Origin: the human T2T-CHM13v2.0 reference genome, Homo sapiens
Assembly (NCBI RefSeq): GCF_009914755.1
Contig: NC_060935.1
DNA length: 64,000 nucleotides
Strand: one strand, 5' to 3'
In this document: positions 1 to 23,585 of the stretch, piece by piece
Numbering within the stretch: position 1 is the stretch's first letter
Layout of the letters: each line of letters starts with the position of its first letter
The notes under the pieces: model-generated
What the model was told of the DNA's origin: nothing
The model's database searches: none
What the model saw: the letters and a program-made list of their open reading frames with translations, nothing else
Program-made: the position numbers and the translations under genes

Positions 1-299
1 TGGAGCCCCCCAGAGGGATCAGACGCCTTCCAGGTCCCCTCAGCAGCCTCCTTCCATCTTCTCTTTCCCAGCTGAGGCTGCTGAAACCCTTACAAGGCAG
101 TATCAAGGTCACCAAAGTCATGAAGCCCTCCCTGGGTCCACCTTCTTCCTAGACGGCCCCAAGCCCGATCCCCTGGGCAATGCAGAGGCGCAGAGGTATC
201 TGTAGCTCCCCATCAGGCCCCAGGAACAAGGGTCAGACAAAGTCAAGGAAATCAAATCTTCAATGAATGAAAAACTCAGTGCCATCTGGGGCCAGGGGG

Positions 300-3200
300 T
301 CACCGGACCAGGTGGAAAGTCAGCCAGTATATGATGAGGGGCTGGAAGGCTGCAGCTCCCAGAGTCAGGTAGAGCTGGAGACGCTGCCGGGGGACGGGGC
401 CCCCCATGCTGTCGGGGCCCAGGGCTGCTGTCCGCAAAGAGCGCACCTGGAAGAAAGGAGAACTGAAGCCTGGCCAGGAGGGGGAGGTTTGCCCTCAAGT
501 GAAGGCAGGGGAATGGGGGGGTGCACCAGACTCACAATGAAGTACATGAGCGCCGATGAGGTCCAGGCCAGCGCCACGTAGTAGCCATCGCTGCCGAACA
601 GCAGCCCCGTGAGCACACTGAGGATCATTCTGGGGGTGGGAGGAGGAAAGGGTTGGTGACCCCCAGGGGTCTAGGCCTGAGATTGGCCCTACCCCCAACG
701 CCCAGAGCCCAGCTAGACCCCACCTCCCACAGCACCTTTTACTCTCAATCTGTCCCCACAGGGACCCAGACCCCAAAGGGATATGGAAGGCCCAGGACTC
801 AGCCCCAGGACCTGGATCTGAGACCCCCTTCTCTCCCCAAGACTCGCAGAGTGACTCTCAACACCTCCCCAACCTCTGCATGGCACGCAGATCCTCAGGA
901 GACTGCTGGAGACAGCTGCTCCCTCTTAACAGAGCAGTGCTAGAGGTCACTAGGGGCCGAGACATGTCCAGGGTCACAGTTCGAGGCTACAGCTATGCAG
1001 GCCCAGATCCAAGGCCACCTCCCCCTGGCCCACAAGTGCTCACCCCACGTATTTGTAGCCACTGTAGGCCAGCAGGTGAAAGGTGCTCAGGTCACTGCGC
1101 ACGGTGGCCAGGTAGAGGCCCAGGAGCAGGGCCAGCACCTCCATCACCACCCACACCAGCGCTGTGCTTGCACACAGGCCCAGCACCTCCGGGGAGAACC
1201 TGCGCCAAAGCAGGGGTGGCTCAGAGCCAGGCATCCTGAGGCAGGGGTGAGGAAGAGAGACTGGGGCAACAGAGGGTGAGCTGGGGACCACCACATATGC
1301 CCTAGGGAGGTTGGGAGAAGAGCTCACAGGGAGGGGAGGGTAAGGGAGGGGCTTGGCACTGACCTTTTCTGAATGCCCAGTGCCATCCCAGCCAGGAGCA
1401 CGTAAGTAATGAAGGCCATCGCTGCCAAGTGCCAGAGAGATGCCATCAGCTTGGCTTCCTCCATCAGAGCTGCCTTACTAGGCATTCGGGTTCACCGACA
1501 TGTCCCATACTTCCTTCTCTGAATAGCCCAGCATGGCCTGACCTCCACATTCTGCTTCCAAATGCCCTGCCTGGAATGCCTGTCTCCGATCAGCCCTCTC
1601 CCACTGTGTAAATGCCACCTGACCCTTCTTCCAGAACCACAAGCCACCTTTCCTGTCCCTGTGCTGGGAAGCTCATCAGTGTTCTGCTGCATCTCAGAAA
1701 CTGTATCATGGGCCAAGGCCATTGTTCCGCCTATACAGGGACCAAACTGGTTTCTGGCAAGACCAGAAGCCAGGTTCAGTGGACACCCATGCTGTCCTGA
1801 GTCTGGGGTCATGGAGATGACCTCACCGCAGTCAGCAATTCTAAGTCTCAGCACTGGCTAGGGCTCTGGCTGCCCAACAATGCAGGGAACTCCAAGTTTA
1901 ACTTTGGGCAGTATTCATAAAAGCTCAGAGCCAGTGGGAGCCGGGCATTAGCAGCAGTTTTAACTCTGTCTTCTGCCCCGCTTAAAGCACTAGAATTGGC
2001 TGGGCGCAGTAGCTCACGCCTGTAATCCCAGCACTTTGGGAGGCTGAGGCAGGCAGCTCACTTGAGCCCAGGAGTTCAAGACCAGCCTGGGCAACATGGC
2101 AAAACCCTGTCTCTACTAAAAATACAAAAATTAGCTGGGCCTGGTGGCAGGCGCCTGTAGCCTGCAGTCCCAGCTGCTCAGGAGACTGAGGCAGGAGGAT
2201 CACCACCTGAGCCTGAGAGGCAGAGGCTGCAGTGAGCCAAGATCACACCACTGTACTCCAGACTGGGTGACAGAGTGAGACCCTGTCTCAAAAGAAGAAG
2301 AAAAAAAAAGCACTGACATGACCACCAGCGGGGAGTGTCTGGAGTTCTGGAGTCAGGAAATCAGCTGTACCACCTGTCAACTTTGAGGCCTCAATGATAC
2401 TGAAGCTCCTCTGAGGCTTGGCTTCAACATGTAAAATGGGGATGCCAGTTCCAGCCTTACACGGTGGCTACGATGGGCACACGGGATGAAGGATGGAAGC
2501 CCCTGTGCTGCCCAGCACACCTAGGCTGGCTGCCTGCCCTCAGTCCCACTGGCTGCCCTCACTGGAAGCTCATCTGCGGGCTGGTCCCTGCACACTCACT
2601 CACCCTGGGTGTCCACGATGGGCCTGGCCCTGTGCAGCCAACAGGACAGAGAAGAGTCAGCTGTATGTGTGGGCAGCCTGAAAAATGCCATGTGGACAGG
2701 CAGTTGTGGGAACCCAGAAGGGAGCCACCACTTGCTCAGGGGGTCAGGAAAGGCTTCTTGGAAGAAGGGATAACAGAGCACGCCTTGGAGGACAAGCAAT
2801 AACGATGATAAGAGTTAATGTTTCCTACGTCCTTCCTGTGTGCCAGGTGAGGTGCTGAGCAAACATCACCTTGCTGAATCTCTCCAACAGTCCTTTGGGG
2901 TAGGGACTACATTAGTCCTGTTTTACTGAAAAGTACAAATAACCAGCCTGAAATCCCATAGCTGGAGTCTGCAAAGCCAGGTCTAAACCCAGAGCTCCAG
3001 GCTGGGGAGGGATATAGTCCAAATCAAGAAACAGGAAGGTCTCAAAAGGGTGTCCTGGGGACACTGAAGGCGCATTCAGGAAGCTCCTTACTGGTCACCC
3101 TGCACTGCCTGCCTGGTGTCTTGCAACTGCCACACATACACAAAGCACCAAGAACAGATGCTGACTCAGTAGCTGCGCCTCTCTTCCCATTCATCCCTCA

Positions 3201-4648
3201 AGGCACAAGTCCCCCCCGACCCCACCCCACCACGTTCCCCAGCCCAGGTTGGAGACTCACTGGGGATATAGAGGTCAGGGGCGTTGAGGTCTTGCCGGGG
3301 GGGCAGAGGAGCATCACGACTGTACTGCACTTCCCAGTTCTGGCAGTGGCAGTGGCAGCAGCGGCCACATCAGGAGGGGAAGAAGAGAAAAGAGGAGAGA
3401 AGGGGGTTGAGGTCTGGGGGCCAGACTCGGGCAGAATGAGGAAGGCCCACCAGCTCCCTTGGTAGGAAGCTCACCTGGTGTGTGTAGGGGAAGACCAGCA
3501 GCCCTAGCTTCTTGGCCACGTAGGCTGTGTCCACAGCAAAAAAATACTTGAGTTTGCTCACAGACACAAAACGGTGCAGCTGGGAGGGGAGAGAGGAAGC
3601 TGTGGGCAAGCCGCACCCCAGGCCTCAGGGTGCCCCTCTGTGTGCTCCATCCCTGAGGGCACTGTGAGGAATCGGGTGGAATCCCATGATGCCCCAGCCC
3701 TAGCCAAAAATTCTGCCACCCGTGCCCCGGGGGCAGGCCACACCTCCTTGTGCACCATGTCCTTCCCATGGGATGCGATGGAGCTGCCATAGGCCATAGC
3801 CACATTGGCCATTGGGTCCCCAAGCAAGTGGTTGACACTGAAGGCCACGTCTGCTCCTGTGGCTGGGTATCCCCCGGGCTGGCTGGAATAACCACCGCTT
3901 GTGTCATCGAAGAGGGGAGGGGGATCCGGGGCTGCCCGGGCCCTGTGCTTGGAGCCTGTGGGTTTGGAGGTATCAGAGTAGATGACAGAAATACCAAGCA
4001 TGAGCCCAAACCACCGCCCCTTCCCTGGCTGGACAGCCCTGCACGGGTCCTGGAGGCACCGATCAGTGAGGGGACCCCAAGCTGGGTGAGGGGGAGCTAA
4101 CTGAGAAAAAACTGTGATGAGGGATCCTTTGCGAGAAATCCGTTGCTAAATGTAGGCAAAGAAAGAGCTGAGGCAGCGCCTAGAACTGGTTGCCCACTTG
4201 GGGTTTCTGAAGGCCTCTCACTGGAAGTGACCTCTGAACTGAGCCACAGTGAGTAGAAGTGTGCTAGGTGAAAATAACTGGGAGGGCATCCTTCCGTGAA
4301 CAAAGCTGGGAGAGGCGACAGCTGGCTACCTGGCGGCCCTGGACAGTGATCAGGGACCTCATCAGGTTCACAACAGTCAAAGGAGTTTCTGGAGGAGGAG
4401 GCGGACCCCGTTTTTGCCCGACTCCGGCATGGGATTCCCAGGACTGGGCCGAGAGGGCGAAGTCCGGGACGTGTTGGAGTGTTACGAGGGGCAGGAACCC
4501 GAGTGACACCCCCGCCCTGGGCGGCGGTCCCAGTCGCTATCTCCCTCGGGGTGAGCGGGCCACGCCGCCGACTCTCCCCCCGCCGGCCGCGCCGCGCCCC
4601 GCCCGCGCCCCACGCACCGTGGGCTCCGTAGCCCGAGTGATAAGCCAT
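300..4648 (-). CDS. YIF1A: Yip1-interacting factor homolog A, ER-Golgi membrane trafficking protein (293 aa, 8 coding exons)
   Basis: Exons 4648-4618, 3955-3744, 3579-3475, 3339-3261, 1421-1364, 1199-1044, 629-536, 446-300. All GT-AG, 882 nt in total. Peptide [28 protein letters not shown]...[24 protein letters not shown]...[20 protein letters not shown]...YWLTFHLVR carries the Yif1-family motifs. Confidence 0.98.
1998..2309 (+). mobile_element. Alu (YIF1A intron 4)
   Basis: GGCTGGGCGCAGTAGCTCACGCCTGTAATCCCAGC start, dimeric body, A-rich tail. Confidence 0.95.
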
Positions 4649-5560
4649 GGCCGCGACGCTCGCTGTCCCCGAGGGCCCGCTGCGCCGCCTCGTGGGTACG
4701 AATACTAATGAGGCAGCTGCTCCGCGCCCAGGGTACCGACCGAGGCCACCCGGCCGCGCGACACGTCCCCCACCCCGCCGGTCTCGGCCACCATGTCCGT
4801 GGCGTCATCCCCCGCGCCTGCCATTGGCTCTTCGGCGGCGCCGGCTCGCCCCTCCCCTCTCCCAATTGGCCACTGACGAGCTCTGGCCTGAGCGGATTCG
4901 GCAGAAGGCAACATCCGGGTGAGGGACAGGCGGAGCGACTTGCGGTGCCTGGGATTGGATCACGGGCTTGCCAGTTCACGGTGGGAACAGCCAATAGAAG
5001 AGTTAAGAAAGAAGGTGGGCGAGAATTATTTGCGCGCCTGCGCGGTGAGGCACTTGACGCACCCTGCCACGACTACACCAGGGAGTCGAGAGGTAACCTG
5101 CAGCCGGAGTCAGGAGCAAAGCTTCCTTGGTGGGACGTACTCCAGGAGGGAACGGGGCGGTCGAGTTCCAACCAAGCCCTGCCCTTCGGGGCGCCTGTTT
5201 CTCCCTCTCTGGGCTTGTTTTCCTCCCCCGTCACCTACACTTCACCCAATCTTGGAACGGAGCCCCGGCAGACCCGGAGGTGGTGGTGGGAGGCCGGACC
5301 TATCAGTGACAGAGCTGCCAAGCAAGCCCCAGGATGCTGACTCCACCCGCCTCCCACTCCTCTTCTCCGCGCGGGTGCTGTCCGTCGTCCGGTGCTGAAA
5401 ATGTCCTCCCGCCTCAGCCGCCATCCTGTAGACTCCCGGGGGCCTGCGTATGGGAAGATTTGGGGTCTCGAACCACACGCTCCTAGCGAGCGCGTGGCCG
5501 CACGCACACATACACGCATACTGCAAAACTGGGGCCCAGAGGATCCGAAGTCTGAGAGAT
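4380..5560. promoter_or_regulatory. CpG-island promoter of YIF1A with several CCAAT boxes and an ACGT-core bZIP-like site
   Basis: CpG-dense, overlaps YIF1A exon 1. CCAAT/ATTGG at about 4823, 4862-4869, 4954 and 4991. GACACGTC at 4760-4767. Confidence 0.85.
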
Positions 5561-6624
5561 TGGGTGGTATAGGTGGGGCAGGATCCTGCCCCGGGCCTGT
5601 CCCATAGACTCTCCCGTAGTCCAGCAGATTTGGGGGCAGAGGTGTGCTGATTTGCGTCCTGAAGCTGCAGCCTAAACTCCTGAGTCATCGCCGGGCCTGT
5701 GGTCTTCTTGAAGTGAGGCCCCTAAGCCTCACTTGTAGTCCCGGGGGTTCCTTTCTCTCCACCCAGGTTCTGATCACTCCCAACCCCGCGGAGACAGTCT
5801 TCAGGGGCCTCCCTCTCACAGACCTTCAGCCACCGCTTTCTAGAGAGCATGAGCAGGTTCTCTGCGACCTCTCTAATTAGCTACCAGGTATCCAGTTACA
5901 CCAGATGACCTTCCTGCTCCCCAAACTCAGCCCACGTGGTCTGATTGCAGTGCCATTGCCCAGAGGTCCCCTCCACCTGGGATGCCCTTCCCCCTCATAT
6001 CCACTTGTCCATAAGCCTAGTTATCTTTAAGAGTTAGTTCATCTCGTGCCTCTCAGAGGGACAAAGGGGACAGAGACCTGACCCGGTCAGGGGTGGAGGT
6101 CATAGGTTGGGTTCTAGGCCCCCTCTGGGTGCACCCAATTTGCCCTGCATGTAAGTTCCATGAGGACAGGCCCTGTTGTCATTCTCCACTTCCACCCTTG
6201 TCTTCCCAGTGCCAAGCACAATACTTGCATATGGAAGACACCCAATAAACATCTGTGTCCAAGAAATTCATAAGAAATAGATAAAACCCTGGACCAGTCC
6301 TTTCCTGTGTCCACATCTCAATTACCTAATCTTTAAGTGGGTAAGGATGTTTAATTGAATGGTCTTTGAGTTGCTCTTTGCCTGAACACACGCACATACA
6401 AAAATGAATTAACCCACCAGTATTGCAGCTCATTTTCTGCCCATATTGTCTAGTTTGGGAGCAAAGCCAGACCCAGACACAGATGTGAAGATCTGAGGCC
6501 CTGGAGGGCTAGGAGGTAGCACTGGGGCCACGTGTACCTGGGAGGGGGTCATCTAATGCAAGTCAGTTCCCATGTCACTGCAGGGCACAATGGATACTTG
6601 TAAACTGAATCCAAAACCTTTCTA

Positions 6625-7005
6625 TGTCTTTTCTTTTCCTTCTTTCTTTCTTTATTTCTTTTTCTCCCTTTCTTTCTGTCTTCTTCTTCTTCTCCTTCTC
6701 CTTCTCATTCTTCTTCTCCTTCTAGGCAGGGTCTCACTTTATCACGCAGCTGGAGAACAGTGGTGCAAACACAGCTCACTGCAGCCTCTTACTCCCAGAC
6801 TCAATTGATCCTCCTGTCTTAGCCTCCCAAGTAGCTGGGAATACAGGTGCACACCACACCATCATGCCCAGCTCATTTTTTAATTTTTTGTATAGGCAGG
6901 GTTTCGCCATGTTTCCAAGGCTGCTGGAATTCCTGGACTCCAGTGATCCTCCCACCTCGGTCTCCCAAAGTGCTGGGATTACAGGCATGAGCCACTCAGT
7001 CCAGC
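6625..7005 (-). mobile_element. Old Alu (AluJ-like) with (CTT/CT)-rich decayed tail
   Basis: Antisense Alu body at 6725-7005 preceded by a pyrimidine microsatellite. Confidence 0.85.
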
Positions 7006-7249
7006 TTTTATCCCCATTTTTCAGATGGGAAAACTGAGGTTGAGAGTGGAGCATGCTGGCCCAAGGTCACGCAGCCTAGGGTCCCTTGTGTCCTGGCCCC
7101 AGCCTGCCTGTCCTAAGCTGAGCCCAGCACCCCTGCCCAGCCAGTGAGACTCGTCACGCTTTTCTCAGCTGTAACTACCCTCTTCTCCAAGTGAGGCTTC
7201 AGGGATGGGATCTGGGTGGGCTTAACTCTGGGCCTACTCCTTAGAGATG

Positions 7250-11316
<4,067 letters not shown>

Positions 11317-12303
11317 GACCCCCCACGGCCCCCAGAGTGGCCCCCTCCCCACCATTCCACCATGGGCTTAGATGCCCGAGTGATTGTTGTCCAAAACAGG
11401 CGGGAAAACAGACCAGCCACACACAAGGGGCAGGGGTGAGGGTGGGGGTGGGGGTCCTTAAACAGACTAAAATGCAGTTACCTGTGGTCATTTTGGAGGA
11501 AGTGGAAGCCTAAGAATCGCCCCCAGCATGGCTTCATCCCCCAAGATGGCCGATGATCTGGCCTGAAGGCCTCTCACAAAGGGCAGGAGAAGAAGCTTCC
11601 AGAAAGGCTGGGATGGAGGAGGAGTCCTGCGGCCAGCTGTTGCCTGCAGCAGAGGCTGCCTGTGGACACTTCCCTACCGGGGCTGAGGCCATGCTGGGAG
11701 CCCCCCCAGTGACGCAGAAGCACAAATTGGAGGCTTGGGGCCATGCCCAGCCAGGTTGGCTTCCCTGGGGCTGAAGAGCTGGCTGTGGTGGCACCATGGC
11801 CTTGGCCCTGCTACTCACCCAACATTCCCATCCTCCCCTGATAGGCCCCTCCTCCTTGCCTGCCCTCTCTCCCGCTGCTCAGGGCCAGTCACTCCCCCCA
11901 CATGCAGCTACCCCTACAACCTGGGGTTCCTTCTCAGGGCCTCACCTGGTCCCCACATCCCCTGGCCTCTGCTCCTGCCTCCCAAAGTCCATGTCTGCCT
12001 CCATCAGCCACACACACGCAGGGACGCCCGTTCCTTGCCCTCCCGGACTTATCTACTCTTCACTTTCCTGATGATCCATGGGGCCCAGGCCTAGAGGGCA
12101 TCCGAGGGGCTGGGCCTTGGCCACAGCCTCTTGGATGATGTCCTTGCTCCACCACGCAGGCCCTTGCTTCTCCCATCAACGAGTCTTGGCCCAGGGGACA
12201 CTGACCCTCCCCCAGGGAGGAGAGAGGAGTTCCTTCCCTTTCAACGAGGGCTTCCACGCCCTCTAAGGGGTGGCGGGGAAGGGAGGAGGCTGAGAAGATG
12301 CAG

Positions 12304-12313
12304 ATTAAATAAA
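12304..12313 (+). terminator. TMEM151A polyadenylation signal (overlapping ATTAAA/AATAAA)
   Basis: AGATTAAATAAAGG about 1 kb after the stop codon. Confidence 0.85.
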
Positions 12314-13527
12314 GGTATGGAATGGAAGGCCTGTGCATTCCTGGGTCATGGGTCTAAGGCCTCCACTGCAAGCATTATGGGCCCCCATGGTTCAGGGCAC
12401 GATGAGGGGTTCTGGGAAGGGACTCAGAATTGGGCTCCAGTGTTCCCAGGAACCAAGTAAGCAGAGGAGAGGAAACCTCCCCTGCCTAGCCTGGGGCCTC
12501 TGAGACTCAAGTGTGAGGCGCTCTGAGCACCTGGCTCCCCTGACTCCGGTATCTGGGCCTGGGTCACTGCTAAGGCATTGTCAAGGTGGCCCTTGTTCCA
12601 GCTCAGTGGGACATTCCACTCTGCTGCTGGGCATGCCGAGGGCTAAGGGAGTGGTGGCCGGTCCCCAAAGTGGGGAGAAAGAGCTATGGTCTGTGACTCG
12701 AATTCGGTGCCCCCCCAGCGGCTACTGACATTATCAATCTGAGGGAAAGGGCATGAAGCAGGTCAGAAGACACAAAGCTGGAAAGGGCAGCCCCAAACCA
12801 GGGCAGGCTGGCATGGAATCCAAAGGCAGAGAAAACATCAGGGAAAAGGAAGGTCCTGACTCCCTGATGGAGCTCTGAAAGATTCCTGGACGTGGCATTG
12901 TCACATGTGCAGCAGTAAAGGGTGTTCACTGTGCAAGGGCAGTGGGCTAAGGGGCAAGCGTGCATGGAATCCAGCCTACAGGCCACTCCCCAAACTCTGG
13001 CATGGAGCTACATCACTTGGAGAAAGGGGACCGTTTTCCTTTTCACGCAAAGGTGGCTTAAGGGCTAGTGGTGGCCCGGGAAGTGTGCTGAGAATGGGTG
13101 GATTTCACTAAGCAAAGACATGGCAAGCAATGTCTTGGACAGCCGATGCTGCCCAGACAAAGGCCTGGTTGTCGGGCATGAGCTGAGGTGTGACAAGGAG
13201 ATAGAAGCAAGAAGCCATGGAAGGCTTTGCTGCAGCTTCCATGCCAAACCCTAGAATTTGTCCTTAAACTGGAGCAAACTGGGCAATCTGGAACCATGGA
13301 AGGGGGTTGGGCAGGGACGTGATACAGTCAAGGCTGCATTTTAGGATATTTAGCAAAAGTCCAGCGACCTGCTGGCTCTGTCGGGAGGGTGGAGTGAAAG
13401 ACCAGAGTTCTCCCTGTGCGTTAACCCACAGCCTCTCTTCTTTGGGTGTGAAATCAGTTCCTCGTTCAGAAGCAAATTAGGTGGAAAACCCTGTGGTGCC
13501 CAAACATTCAACAAGGCTGCAGGGGGT

Positions 13528-13819
13528 GGCCAGGCACAGTGGCTCATGCCTGTAATTCCAGCACTTTCGGAGGCCGGGGCAGACAGATCATTTGAGGTCA
13601 GGAGTTTGAGATCAGCCTGGCCAACATGGTGAGACACCCCCCACCCCCGTCTTTACAAAAAATACAAAAATTAGCTGGGTGTGGTGGCGGGCACCTGTGA
13701 CAGCTACTCAGGAGGCTGAGGCAGGAGAATCGCTTGAACCCGAGAGGCAGAGGATGCAGTGAGCTGAAATTGCGCCACTGCACTCCACCTGAGACTGTCA
13801 AAAAAAAAAAAAAAAAAAA
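13528..13819 (+). mobile_element. Alu (AluS-like)
   Basis: Alu consensus with poly-A tail. Confidence 0.95.
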
Positions 13820-14250
13820 GGCTCCAGCAGGTAGGGAGGCCAGCATGCTGGTTTCAGCTCCTTGCCATGGGAAAGACCCTTTTTCCACCATTCTGCTCTA
13901 ACACCATAGCCAACAACTGCCCACTGGCCACTCACTGTCCATTCTCCTCCCTTCCCCAATAACAGAACCCCAGTTTTGCTGCAGAAGGCAATGTGCCCAG
14001 CTAAAGGGCAACATTTCCAGCCTCCCTGGCATATATGGTATGACTGTGTGGCTGAATTCTAGGATATTAGATATAAACAGAAGGTGCTGGAAGGGATCTC
14101 CAAGAATGCCCCTTGAATAGAAGCAGTATTGATGAAGGCCATTTTTGTCCTCTCTGCTTCAGCCTGCATTCAGCCTTGGATGCATATGTGATAGCTGGAA
14201 CGCCAGCAGCCATCTTGGAGCAGGAAGTGACCTTGAAAATTGTAGCCACA

Positions 14251-14662
<412 letters not shown>

Positions 14663-15549
14663 TCAATGAGAAAGAGAAATAAACTGTAAGTCTGCTTAAG
14701 CCCATTGCTTTTTTTTTTTGTCTCTGTTACCAGCAGCTTTTACCAATTATCTACTGCCACATAACAAATTATCCTAACCCTAGTGGCTTAAAAGAGCAAT
14801 AATTATTATGCTCTCTCCTGGCTTCTGTGGGTCAAGAACTCAGATAGGACACAGTGGGGATGGCTTCTATGCTCCACGACATCCAGGGCCTCTGCTGGAA
14901 GACTCAAAAGCTGGGGCTTGAATCATCTGAATGCTCATTCACTCACATGTCTGGCAGTTGATGCTGGCTGAGGGCTGAGGGCTGAGAGCCTAACTAGGGC
15001 TGTTGGTGGGAACACCCACACAGGTCCTCTCCAAGCGGCTTGACCTTCCTCATAACATGGTGGCTAGGTTCCAAGAACAAGTATACTGAGAGGGTGAAAG
15101 CTGTATTGCACTTTGTGATCTAGCCTCCTAAGTCACATGGCATCACTTCTGCCCCTTTCCATCGGTCAAGGCTACTATGAAGTTCCACTCAGTTTCAAGG
15201 GGAGGGAATATAGGATCTCATCTCTCTGTGGAGGCTTGTCAATGTCACATTGTTAGAAAAGCATGCGGGATGGGAGATATATTAGTGGTCATCTTCAAAA
15301 ATGCAATCAACTGCTGAGCCAAATGCCATTTGCCATTCCTAACTGATTGATACCTGTAAAGTGATCTGCAAAATGAACACCAAGCTCTTTATAGTGCTGG
15401 TTTAAGGAAGGAAGGTGGTGGCATGTCAGATATGGGCCTGCTCAGGGCAAAGTGAGCTGCTCAGATCATTTATGGGGACCTTCAGGCCTATGGTAGATTA
15501 AATATGGCCACAAATTCTTTGCCACTCCTCTCCTCAAGAGGTGGAATCA

Positions 15550-15884
<335 letters not shown>

Positions 15885-16741
15885 TTAAATCTGGGCTGGA
15901 CTTGTGATTTGCTGTGACTGATTGGATGTGAGGGAAGAGATGTTGGCCCACTTCTGAGGCTAGGCCTCAAGGACTCTCGCAGCTTCCACCTTTGCCCTCT
16001 TGCAATCCTGAGACCACCATCTGTAAAGATGTCCAGCCAAGCCTCCTGACAGATTTGAGGCTGCGTGGAGAACTGAGGCCCCCAGCCAAGAGCCAGCATC
16101 AGCTCCAGATATGGGATGACAGAGGCCATCTTAGACACTGTAGCCCCACTTGAGCCGCAGATGACAGGAGCCTCAGGAGTGACCCAAGGTGAGACCAGCA
16201 GATGAACTACCAAGCTGATCCCAGCCCAGACTGCTGTCCTATAGAATGAGGGGAAATAAATCCTTGTTTTAATCCACTACATTTTGGAGTGATTTGTTAC
16301 ATGTTACATGATCACTGTCACAAGGCTCTAAACCCACCTGCACCTCATGAGGGAGGGCACTGGGCCTGCACAGCCAGGAAGAGGAGGGACCCAGAAGCCC
16401 CATTGTTTGATGGACAGCTCTCAGCTCACAATCTCCTGATGGGAGATGGGGTGGCCACGTGTTCAGACTCTCTTGGAGTCAACATCAAGCCAAGGTGTTC
16501 TGTTCTAAACCGTTCTCAAGAGAAGAATTCATGCCTGAGAAGGGGTGCAAAGCCTGGCTCCCAAACCCCAGCGGCCTCTGCCTCTGCTCTCTCCTGACAT
16601 AGGCTACCCACAGCATGGCAGGAACAGAACCTGTAATTTCCACCCCTACCACCATCTGCTCCTCTCTGTCTTCCATCTCAGGAAATAGAGCTACCATTCA
16701 GCCAGTTGCCTAAGCCAGGCACCAGCACGGCAAGCCTCTTC

Positions 16742-18242
<1,501 letters not shown>

Positions 18243-18698
18243 TGATGATCATCCACCTGCAACCACTCTGGGCTCCATCCACACTCAGCCCCACTTATTT
18301 GAGCTCCAACTGGATTATTTGAAGAAGACCTAGACGCTGTAGCATTTCGTCAGCTCCCCTCACCCGCCCCACCACGCGTGATATCGACCACCCAAGATTC
18401 TACTCAGAACACAACACACCCCACCTCCTCTCCACCCCAAGCCACCTTGCTCCAAGTGCCCAGGATTCCTCCCCCATGACTCCGACAGGCCTCCCACGCC
18501 CACTTACTCCTGCGGCCTATGCAGAGACCTCATGTAAATCAAATCACGTCCCCATTGGTTTCTGTCTAAAGTTCTCTCCCACCAACTCTCAGCTCGCTTT
18601 GCATTTCCTTTCGGCCACTCACCATAAGTTACAATTATTTTCATTTATTTATGCACGAGTTTCTTTATCTGTTTCTTCTATTAGAATTAAGGCCATGG

Positions 18699-20488
<1,790 letters not shown>

Positions 20489-21367
20489 AATAAATATTTT
20501 CTTAAAAGATACTATGTGACCGTGCTTAAATCAGGGTCTCAAGCATAGGAAGTGCTCAATAAAGATTGCTATCATCATCATTTGCATTATTATAAATTAC
20601 AAGTGGACGCTCCCTCTTACAACATACGCACACTTCACCAGCAGCCAGCGCAGTGCCTGGCACACATAATGGATGTCTAGTCAATCTGTGTTAAGTGAAT
20701 GATTCCCGATCTCCTACCAACACTTCCAACTTCCTGGGGTTAGCTGGGTCCTGAGGGCCAAGTGGACCACGGCCCAGACCAGCCAAAGTTTTCATTGCTT
20801 GGCCACACTTGCAGTGGAGCTTTTCTGATCTTTGGTTAGTGGGCTTGAGAACTTAGGGCACCCAGGGAAGCATTTGCCAACTACCTAATCCAGCAAACCA
20901 TGGCATTCTATGTTTCCTCCTTGGATCCAGACCCCAGACCACTAGACCCCTAGAGCTTCCCCGAGGTGGCAGGCCCAGGTGCATTCATTTTTTGTGAGTT
21001 TCATCTTCCCTCTTACATCACACCTGCTGCCTTCTGTTCTTCAGAGCCCGTGAGTATGAAGTCACTGCTGAGATGGCCTGGGATGTATCTGGAAAGGGCA
21101 AGGAGGATCAGGCATCCAGCCAAAAGTTGGATACACCCTGAGTGAGGATGGGGAAGGTGCGCTGCTGCCCTTCTGGGTAAAGGTCAAAGCTCCTGGAAGT
21201 CAGATTCAACAGAGACCAAGACAGACAGATTGGTTAAACTGATGACTACATATCAAATGTAGCTGTGCCACATCTGCTCCAAGGAGGCATTTCTGTCCAG
21301 AATATCAGCTGAGACTGAAATTGGCTAGTTCTCAGTAACCCATGGTCACAGTCCAAAAGATAGATGT

Positions 21368-22896
<1,529 letters not shown>

Positions 22897-23199
22897 CCTA
22901 ATTTTAAAAAGATCAAGTTCAAACCTCCATAATTAACTTCTGAGATGAAAACATAATCATGTAGAAACTCAAACAATGTGGACATACATGAAGTCAGGAG
23001 TAGGAGTGCCCTCTGTTGCTTTCCAAAGCCAAACTGGGAAACCACGGGTAGGAGTGCTAGGACTCCTCGTCATGCTTAAGGTGGTGGTGCTGGTGGTTTC
23101 TGGGACTCTCCCAGCAGTGGGGTATAATGGAAACTCAAATCTGACCTTGAACCTGGACCTCGGTTTTGAGCCCCAGATTCGGGTAGCCAGGTGTCTTAC

Positions 23200-23585
23200 C
23201 AAGCAGTCCACTTAGATAACTTCCCAACACCTCAAACTCAACATAGCCCAAGCTGACCATACCATCTATCTTCCCAAAGCACCTTTTTCACCTATGTCTC
23301 CATCTCCGTGCGTGGCATTACCCAGGATAGGACCTTTCTTCTCCTTCAATTCAGCCAGTCACTGGGTCCTGTTCAAATCTTCCTGCCGGCCACCCCTCAA
23401 TGTTGCCGTCTTCTCCTGTTCCAACTCTGCCTCTGCCTAAGGTCTCTTCTTGCCTGGGCAGTGCCCTAAGTGGTCTTATCATAAGTATACTTGCTGTTCT
23501 CCTATCTAGTTACTTTAGTATCCCTCATCCCTAGTGGAGTCTCTGAGGCATAGCAGGGTCTCAATTAATATTGAATAAATGAATG
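23200..23585. mobile_element. L2 fragment
   Basis: CTCAAACTCAACATAGCCCAAGCTGA... and a TTGAATAAATGAATG-type L2 3' end. Confidence 0.6.
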
